Virus record (IMG/VR): IMGVR_UViG_3300046836_000576
Length of the DNA: 64,000 bases
Origin: an uncultured virus (IMG/VR IMGVR_UViG_3300046836_000576)
Taxonomy: Duplodnaviria; Heunggongvirae; Uroviricota; Caudoviricetes
Direction: 5' to 3' (one strand)
A program made the translations under genes and the position numbers. This document shows, piece by piece, positions 57,013 through 64,000 of the stretch; the stretch's first letter is position 1; each line of letters opens with the position of its first letter. A model generated the notes under the pieces. The model saw only the letters and a program-made list of their open reading frames with translations, did no database searches and had not been told where the DNA came from.

Positions 57013-58221
57013 ATGAGAACTCGGGAGCGTCAGCGTAATCGTAGACAACAAGATACTTATATGGAAGTATTACCACCTCATCCACGTCGGTATGGGGTGA
57101 GCCTTTATGAGCTTGCTCGTCCACCAGAGGGTGGTGATGATACCGGTTTAGTCGGGCAGGGTGATGCTGCATCCAACGCCCAAACTATTACTACTTCTTC
57201 GGGCGGAGACTTTGGTGGCGGTGGAGACGATTTTGGAGGCGGTGGTCAACTAACTCCACAACCTTCTGCTGCTACAAGTGTTCAACCACAAAATCTTTAT
57301 GGTAACTGGACTCCAGCATTGTTTATGCCACATAGACGCTCTATCGGTGGAATCATTGCTGAAGTGACAATTGAAGAAAATGGTACGGATGATGTTACGA
57401 TAACCGAGCACCCGGTGGAGCAGGGCGCACCAATTGCTGACCATGCGTTTAAGAGGCCCTCTACGGTTACCATAAAGGCAGGATGGAGTGTCCGTGGGTC
57501 ATATGACCTCTCCGCAGAAAGCGGTGTGTACGGGCTTCTACTAAGCTGGCAGGCTGCGCTTCGGCCCTTCGATGTCATTACCGGGAAGCGTAAGTATACC
57601 AACATGCTGATAGAGCGTTTATCTGTCATTACAGATGAGAAGTCTGAATATGCGTTAATGGCTGATATTGTATGTAGGCAGGTGATTATTGTTGCAACAG
57701 CATCAAGCAACGTACAAACAGCATCTCAGTCTCCTTCTGATCAGAAGGAACCTGAGAAGACATCCCAACCAGAAACGAAAGGTGATCAACCAACGCGCGA
57801 TATTGGTGATGGTGGGATGATTGAGCAGAGCTACCCGACGACCGCTACGCCGGTCACTGGCCCCGAGAGCCCGCCCGAGGGCGGCAACGACAGCGTCTTG
57901 CAGCCCGAGGGGCAGAAGGTCGAAAGCACCATCACCGGGCAGCCGATCGGCAGAGCCGAGGGGACCGACTCGCCACTAATCGGTCCCGGCCAGACCGGCA
58001 CCGGCTCTACCGCGCTGCCGGGGAACGCCAATGAGACGCAACTCAACGAAAAGGGCATGACGACCAGAACTGACAGCAGCGGAAATTTCCTCAGCGTCAG
58101 CGCGCCATTAGCACCAAAGCAACAGAGGAGTTCAGTGTGGCAACGAACGTCGAGATCCCCACACGGTCAGGTCGTCCTTTCTCCGAGCGCGTTACGATAC
58201 TTGGCATTGTCTACACGTTAA
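57013..58221 (+). CDS. Dit-like baseplate protein with disordered extensions
   Basis: TIEE...D...ITEHPVEQGA.I.DHAFKRP, V.TGKRKY.NML; GGAGG RBS. Confidence 0.8.
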   Translation: MRTRERQRNRRQQDTYMEVLPPHPRRYGVSLYELARPPEGGDDTGLVGQGDAASNAQTITTSSGGDFGGGGDDFGGGGQLTPQPSAATSVQPQNLYGNWTPALFMPHRRSIGGIIAEVTIEENGTDDVTITEHPVEQGAPIADHAFKRPSTVTIKAGWSVRGSYDLSAESGVYGLLLSWQAALRPFDVITGKRKYTNMLIERLSVITDEKSEYALMADIVCRQVIIVATASSNVQTASQSPSDQKEPEKTSQPETKGDQPTRDIGDGGMIEQSYPTTATPVTGPESPPEGGNDSVLQPEGQKVESTITGQPIGRAEGTDSPLIGPGQTGTGSTALPGNANETQLNEKGMTTRTDSSGNFLSVSAPLAPKQQRSSVWQRTSRSPHGQVVLSPSALRYLALSTR

Positions 58222-58469
58222 CATTCAAATGGAACACGGTAATATCTTGTTGGACCGTGGATTTTGATGACGAAACTGGTACTAGAATGGTATTACATGG
58301 GATGCCTTTACTGACTGGTGCTGATATGCTTGAACAGTTTGGTTATATGCCTCTAGGGGATCAGGCGATACTAACCGTTATGAGTATCGGTCCTGATGTC
58401 TCACCCGACGAGGTACCGAACTTTAATAATTTAGGTTCAGAGGGTCATCTCTACTTGACTACACCATAG
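58137..58469 (+). CDS. Small baseplate protein
   Basis: WN.....W..D, G.PL.TG.D.L.QF.Y, NLG....LY; GTG start. Confidence 0.78.
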   Translation: MATNVEIPTRSGRPFSERVTILGIVYTLTFKWNTVISCWTVDFDDETGTRMVLHGMPLLTGADMLEQFGYMPLGDQAILTVMSIGPDVSPDEVPNFNNLGSEGHLYLTTP

Positions 58470-58478
58470 GACTAAACA

Positions 58479-61400
58479 ATGTCAAGTCCGTTTTATCACA
58501 CCGAACGGTATGAGGATTTTCAGGAGAATGACCGTCTCCGAAAGCAGGCTGATAGAGCTGATTTATGGACTTCTTTACCTGTTGTTATTGGTGAACATCA
58601 GGCGGCTCAGAATACGGTAACAATTGATCCTGCACTAAAACTAGCCTATGTAAATGATAAGGGTGTAATTGAATGGAAACAGATTCCAACAATCAAGTCC
58701 TCACCCCTACTCTATTTGGGTGGTGGTGGGATGCACATTACCATCCCTGTAGCAAAGGGAGATGAAGGACTAGCGATCTTTGCTTCTCGTGGAATTGACG
58801 CTTGGTGGGCAAATGGAGGTGTTCAGAATCAAGATCAGAATAGGACTCATCATTTAACTGATGCTTTTGTTATTCCTGGTTTTCACTCTCAGCCTAACAA
58901 ACTAAAGGATGTCGATACCACATCTATGCAGATGAGGACGACGGACGGCAAGACTAATTTCAACTTTAATCCGACTAGTGGCGGGTCAATGACTATGACC
59001 GCCCCTAATAATCCAACTACAATACAGGGGAAAGCGTTTAATACTACTGTTGATTCTTCTAATCATAACGTGGCAAATGGAGTCGCATACAATACACCTT
59101 CTATTCGAGCCAGTGGCTTTATTGATGCCAAAGGTGGTTTCTTTGTTAATGGGCACCCAATTGGTACAGGTGGCGGTGGAGGTGGTACAGGTGGTGGAGG
59201 GGCGATTATTAGTCCTATCCCACCTGTTGTACCCGATGCAGGTACTTTCTGGTGGGATCCAATTGGTGGGCAACTCTACGTCTGGTATGACGATGGTAAT
59301 TCCGCACAATGGGTTGCTGCTACAAATATGCCAGGTCCGCAAGGACCACCTGGACCTGTTGGTAGTGGTACTATTACCGGTGTCATTGCAGGTATTGGCC
59401 TCTCCGGTGGTGGTACTAATGATATTGTCACTATTGATATGGATACTCCTGTCGCTATTTCTCTTGGTGGTACAGGAGCATCAGCACCGGTAGGCGCCTT
59501 AGCTAATCTTGGTGGATTGCCTATTGCTGGTGGGACGATGCAAGGGTTCTTGACCCTTTCCGCTGCACCAGCCCAGCCTCTACACGCAGCAACAAGAACC
59601 TATGTAGATACCGCTGTTTCACTTCTAGCACCAGTAAATAGTCCTCAGTTCACAGGCATTCCTAGGGTTCCGACAGCCCCTACCGCTACTAATGATACCA
59701 CTATTGCTTCTACTGCCTTTGTCAAGGTACAGCCGATCACATTTATTGGCGATATAGCGGGTTCTGGTACTCTTGGTAGTACCAATATCAATATTACCAA
59801 TGTTGGTTTGCAAGGTCGTCCTGTTGCTATAACAGCACCAACCACTAATCAAGTACTACAATGGTCAGGTACCGCATGGGCACCTGCTGCTGTTGCTGGT
59901 ACGGGTACAGTGACCACCATCAATGTTGGTGTTGGTCTTACAGGCGGTCCAATAATTAACATAGTTGGTACTATTGCACTAGCTGTTCCTGTTGCTGTTA
60001 CCAATGGTGGTACAGGTATTGCTTCAGGTAATGCTGGTGGGTTTGTATACTTTAGTAATGCCAACACTATTTCTTCTACAACAAATTGGACTATCGCTGG
60101 TGGGCAGATTGTAGGGGATTCCGGTAGTTCTATTACTGTAGGTGGATTAACAAGTCAAGGTCCTGGGACTGTTAATGCTGTTGGTCTTTACATAAATGGT
60201 GTGCCAGTTGGAACAAATTCCTTGTCTCTAACTGGTGGTACACTAACTGGTAGTTTAGGGATCAACGGTAGTGGTAGTATGCTTCTCTTTGGCAATCCAG
60301 GACTTGGTTTGCCAACAGTTATTTCTAGATCGATTGGAACTAGGATCGTCTTGTGGAATGGTTTATCCACTACCGAGGTTGATTATGCTATCGGGATGGA
60401 TGGTGGTACTCAATGGTTTTCAGTTCCCAACAATACAACTGCTAGATTTAGGTGGTTTGGTGGCACCTCTGAAGCAATGTCGCTTGGTGGTAATGGGGTG
60501 TTGTCGACCACGGGCGTCATCACTGCGCCAGTGATGTTGGTCATGAGTGCTACCGGAGGCGGTCCCGTTGCTACTAACGGCATTGCCGTGAAAATCCCCA
60601 GCGGCGGCGAGGTCAACCTTATTCCTGGCAGTTCAGTCAATACCGGCTACATCGAGTGGAGACTGCCCAACGCAGCGGTGGGAGCCGGTGCCCGTCTTGC
60701 CTATCTCGGTTGGAACTCTGGTACGACGTTTGGCTTGCAACTGGACACGGCGACTGTCTTCGCCATCAGTGGGACAGTCACAGCGCCCACCTTTGTTGGA
60801 GCCTTGACCGGCCAAGCTTCGCTCAACTTGCCTCTAACTGGTGGGACGCTCACCGGAAATTTGAACACCGTTGGACAGACCAATAACGGCTGGTTCTATA
60901 CCGGAATTAACTCGCCAGCTTACCCGACTAGCTTTGGTGGTCTCGCAATTTCATGGAACTTTAACGTAGGACAGGGTGACGTAGATTTCTGGAATTGTTA
61001 CACCAGTGGTAGCGGTTACACTTCATTCTTTTGGTATCAACTGACGACTGCTGGCTCAGCAGCAACAAAAGTGATGCAGGTTGGTCCAAGCGGTCTTCTG
61101 GTTCCATCTACGTTTCTAAAAACCGGTGGTGGGGCGAGCTACCGCATGTCGCCCAACGCCAACAACACCGGCATCGGCTCGTTTTGGTACACCGACACCA
61201 GCACCATGTACTTGTTGCTGACCGCGAATAATGACGCTTGGGGTAGCTTCAACGGGCTGCGTCCTTTCGCGGTGGACCTCGCCACTGGCGTCGCGACATT
61301 CGGTCACCGGGTGACATTCAACCAAGGCGTGACGATCAGCGGTATCGGCCTCAACGCCTTGACTGTGACTGGCTGGAACATCGTCCTGCAAAACAGTGCG

Positions 61401-62681
61401 TCCAACAATTACATCATGGCGCAGAACTCCGGCGGTTCCAACGTCAAGATATACGATGACGGCAACAGCCACATCGAAGCTAGTGCCCAGCTTTGGATTA
61501 ACAACGCCACCGGAGCTTATACTCAGATCGGCGGCGGGATGACTGTTGCCGGTGCGGTGCAAATCAACGGCGCCTCCAACACAAACGGAAACGCCACCTG
61601 TCAGGGGAACATCTACACCAACAGCATCGTGATGAACAACACTTGCTTACTGTATGGCAGGGACACTGCCGGAACTCAGCAGTGGTTGATCGGATGTTGG
61701 AACGATAACACTATCTATGTCGGTGACAATTCCCGCACATTGCATCTGCGCGGCTCAGTAAACGTATTCGATAACCAAGTTCAATGCCCCACCATCACTG
61801 TTGGGGGCCTCCTTTGGCAGAACTACAACAGCGGCTGGTGGTGGACCGGAAGCCCGATCCACACCGACAGCGCGGTTCAGGCTGGTTTATGGATAACCGC
61901 CGGAACTGACATCAGTGCTGGCGGTCAGCTCAGTTGCAGCGGCAATTTGAACGTCAGTGGGACATCGTATTTGAATGGGAATCAGACCCGCGTTCACGGC
62001 ACCGATGCCAACGATAGCCTTACCGTCACCTGTTCCGACTATAGCAGGTTTCTCACTATCAAACCCCAATCTCCCCAGAATAACTGGTGTCAGATGGGCT
62101 ACTATTGTGGTGGCGCCGGGTGGGGAACCCTCGAAATAGTCGGGCAGCTTTACTGCGACGGCTCGATGCATTGCGGCGATCTAACCGCCACCGGCTGGAT
62201 TTACGGTGGTGGCAACGGAGGAGCGCAAATTAGATGTTGGGCGGGTGATTGGGGCGCGATGTCCTACGCCATGAGCGGCGGCTACTTTGAGATTAGCCCG
62301 GATCAAGGCGTGTCCGGTTTCTACTTTCCCAATGCAGGAAACTGGTCCGACGCACGACTGAAGCTCAACATCCGCGACAGCGAGATTGATGCCCTGGCGG
62401 TGCTTGGCAGGATACCGGTGCGCGCCTTTGAATGGAACGATCACGGTCGCAAGCTAATGCCCTATCGGGACAGATCAGTAACATGCGGCCTCGTCGCGCA
62501 GGAAGTAGAGGAGCTAATACCCAGCGCGGTAGACATCCCGCCCCTTATCGGTGACGACATGAAGGCCATCCTTTATGAGCAGTTCCACCCCTACTATATC
62601 CGCGCTATCCAGCAACTAAAGGCAGAAAATGATGAGTTAATGGAAAGATTAACTAGGTTGGAGCAATCAATTGTCCATTAA
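58479..62681 (+). CDS. Baseplate spike (Gp138-like N-terminus) fused to a long fibre with intramolecular chaperone (peptidase S74)
   Basis: P..KGDEGL.IFASR.ID.WW..GG, H.L.DAF.IPG; fibre repeats; SDARLK.NI...GLVAQEVE and coiled coil. Confidence 0.85.
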   Translation: MSSPFYHTERYEDFQENDRLRKQADRADLWTSLPVVIGEHQAAQNTVTIDPALKLAYVNDKGVIEWKQIPTIKSSPLLYLGGGGMHITIPVAKGDEGLAIFASRGIDAWWANGGVQNQDQNRTHHLTDAFVIPGFHSQPNKLKDVDTTSMQMRTTDGKTNFNFNPTSGGSMTMTAPNNPTTIQGKAFNTTVDSSNHNVANGVAYNTPSIRASGFIDAKGGFFVNGHPIGTGGGGGGTGGGGAIISPIPPVVPDAGTFWWDPIGGQLYVWYDDGNSAQWVAATNMPGPQGPPGPVGSGTITGVIAGIGLSGGGTNDIVTIDMDTPVAISLGGTGASAPVGALANLGGLPIAGGTMQGFLTLSAAPAQPLHAATRTYVDTAVSLLAPVNSPQFTGIPRVPTAPTATNDTTIASTAFVKVQPITFIGDIAGSGTLGSTNINITNVGLQGRPVAITAPTTNQVLQWSGTAWAPAAVAGTGTVTTINVGVGLTGGPIINIVGTIALAVPVAVTNGGTGIASGNAGGFVYFSNANTISSTTNWTIAGGQIVGDSGSSITVGGLTSQGPGTVNAVGLYINGVPVGTNSLSLTGGTLTGSLGINGSGSMLLFGNPGLGLPTVISRSIGTRIVLWNGLSTTEVDYAIGMDGGTQWFSVPNNTTARFRWFGGTSEAMSLGGNGVLSTTGVITAPVMLVMSATGGGPVATNGIAVKIPSGGEVNLIPGSSVNTGYIEWRLPNAAVGAGARLAYLGWNSGTTFGLQLDTATVFAISGTVTAPTFVGALTGQASLNLPLTGGTLTGNLNTVGQTNNGWFYTGINSPAYPTSFGGLAISWNFNVGQGDVDFWNCYTSGSGYTSFFWYQLTTAGSAATKVMQVGPSGLLVPSTFLKTGGGASYRMSPNANNTGIGSFWYTDTSTMYLLLTANNDAWGSFNGLRPFAVDLATGVATFGHRVTFNQGVTISGIGLNALTVTGWNIVLQNSASNNYIMAQNSGGSNVKIYDDGNSHIEASAQLWINNATGAYTQIGGGMTVAGAVQINGASNTNGNATCQGNIYTNSIVMNNTCLLYGRDTAGTQQWLIGCWNDNTIYVGDNSRTLHLRGSVNVFDNQVQCPTITVGGLLWQNYNSGWWWTGSPIHTDSAVQAGLWITAGTDISAGGQLSCSGNLNVSGTSYLNGNQTRVHGTDANDSLTVTCSDYSRFLTIKPQSPQNNWCQMGYYCGGAGWGTLEIVGQLYCDGSMHCGDLTATGWIYGGGNGGAQIRCWAGDWGAMSYAMSGGYFEISPDQGVSGFYFPNAGNWSDARLKLNIRDSEIDALAVLGRIPVRAFEWNDHGRKLMPYRDRSVTCGLVAQEVEELIPSAVDIPPLIGDDMKAILYEQFHPYYIRAIQQLKAENDELMERLTRLEQSIVH

Positions 62682-64000
62682 CTTTCCTAATACCCCTCAA
62701 CCGGGGGATGAGTGGACTGATTCTGGTGCGTCTTGGACGTGGGATGGAGCCAAGTGGGAAGCAACTACCTTTGCTAATGATGGTCCTTACCTGCCACTAG
62801 CTGGTGGTATGATGGCAGGTATGTTGACTTTGTTTCATACTGCACCAACTGCTGCCTATCATGCGACACCAAAAAATTACGTTGATTTGTTTGCCCCACT
62901 TAATAGTCCTATTCTTACTGGTAATCCAACAGGGCCTACCAGGCCGGTCGGTGATAACAGTGCCAGCCTTGCTACTACAGCCTTTGTCAGCTCGTACGCA
63001 CCATTAGCTTCGCCCATCTTTATCGGCAACCCACGAGCGCCTACGCCGGCTTTAGGCGATAATACGACCACTATCCCAACGACAGCCTGGGTTAAGTCAC
63101 AGGGATATGGTACTGCATTGGCGTTTCTGCCGTTGACTGGTGGGACTTTAACTGGATTTCTATATATATCCACAGGTGGATCACCTGTACACGGTTCTAC
63201 AGCGGCAGGGTTTGGTGCTACACGTTGGAGTTTTGCTGTAGCTCCTAGTGATGAAATTAGTACCGGAACAATTGATTATCGTGGTTTCGACACTGGAGCA
63301 CTCAGTATTATTGGTGCAGGGACGGATGGTAGCAATCGTCGGATTCGTCTCTGGGACAATGTGTTGGTAAGTAATACTTTAACTGTTGGCGGTGGAGGTA
63401 TATCGGCTGCAAATACGATTGCAAGCACCGGTGGCAATGCGATCATTACTTGGACGGATCGGACCAGTGGAGTGACATGGGGATGGTATGCTTCTGGCGG
63501 TTTGTGTCGATTGTGGGATGCCAATATTGGTGACATGCTCTCAATGTCCAATACTGGTAATCTGACACATATTGGTAACTATCACTATTTCTCTAACAGT
63601 GGTGGAAATGTTAATAGTTCAGGTGGTAATTTTATCTATTCTGATCCAAACTGGACGATATTCCATATAGGCACTGGTAATCAAGGAGTTCAGGTTCAAG
63701 ATACTAATGGTAATGCTCGTCACTTATTTTATAGTGGTGGTAATGCTTATCATGGAGGTCCTCTTAGCATACAAGGTAATAATGCAGTCGATAGTCTACT
63801 TATCTATAGGAGTGGTGGTACTGCTTATATGACGTTTAAGCCTGAGACTGGTGGTAACTGGTCTCAGATTGGTTACTACGGATCAAGTTTTGGCTGGGGT
63901 GGTATTGAATTCCCGGGTCCGGTACAGTTTGATTCTGGCTTCACCACGTTAGGTAACCTTCAAGCCAATGGGTATGTGGTTACTAACAATTTATATCTGT
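62671..64000 (+). CDS. Tail fibre protein (partial; runs off the window)
   Basis: TTG start after GGAG; INFP..P..G...WTWDG.KW, YLPLAGG.M.G, APL.SP...G.P.APT repeats; absent from the ORF track; start and end read in one frame, middle not fully checked. Confidence 0.82.
   Translation, partial: MSINFPNTPQPGDEWTDSGASWTWDGAKWEATTFANDGPYLPLAGGMMAGMLTLFHTAPTAAYHATPKNYVDLFAPLNSPILTGNPTGPTRPVGDNSASLATTAFVSSYAPLASPIFIGNPRAPTPALGDNTTTIPTTAWVKSQGYGTALAFLPLTGGTLTGFLYISTGGSPVHGSTAAGFGATRWSFAVAPSDEISTGTIDYRGFDTGALSIIGAGTDGSNRRIRLWDNVLVSNTLTVGGGGISAANTIASTGGNAIITWTDRTSGVTWGWYASGGLCRLWDANIGDMLSMSNTGNLTHIGNYHYFSNSGGNVNSSGGNFIYSDPNWTIFHIGTGNQGVQVQDTNGNARHLFYSGGNAYHGGPLSIQGNNAVDSLLIYRSGGTAYMTFKPETGGNWSQIGYYGSSFGWGGIEFPGPVQFDSGFTTLGNLQANGYVVTNNLYL

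Noticed and set aside
18515..63551. Many minus-strand ORFs over late genes, and plus-strand ORFs over early genes
   Set aside because: Shadow frames of well-supported genes, without RBS or motifs
58479..64000. Diversity-generating retroelement acting on the fibres
   Set aside because: No reverse transcriptase and no near-identical repeat pair differing only at adenines seen in this window

Overview
The window is a 64-kb segment of a tailed dsDNA phage genome, most likely a contractile-tailed myovirus. The structural set resembles DUF1073 portal, DUF2213 protease, DUF2184 capsid, DUF3383 sheath and DUF3277 tube. The host is possibly an alphaproteobacterium, which is a weak inference. Bases 1-13.6 kb hold a minus-strand early region of small genes (SNF2 helicase, ligase-like adenylation domain, SLOG protein, ART-like protein). 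Ten near-identical sigma70-type promoters drive the early genes, and nine of them share a GUCAG-N3/4-GGAG leader. From 14.4 kb a plus-strand late region starts with an RfaH/NusG-like gene carrying an ops-like site, followed by terminase, portal, head accessory, capsid, lysis, neck, tail and baseplate/fibre genes. The last fibre gene runs off the window end. Most notable: (1) the portal is fused to an apparently intact type IB topoisomerase, and it shares A-x-D and HP..G(K/Q)F motifs with a NUDIX-metallopeptidase polyprotein (A-x-D also with the scaffold), suggesting a protease-released capsid cargo system with small acidic partner genes; (2) a late intergenic hairpin at 25634-25720 has a loop that is antisense to the consensus early leader/RBS, a candidate early-gene shut-off sRNA; (3) RfaH/ops-like antitermination of the late operon. 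All family assignments are by eye from motifs, and no searches were run. No tRNA, rRNA, CRISPR array or integrase was seen.
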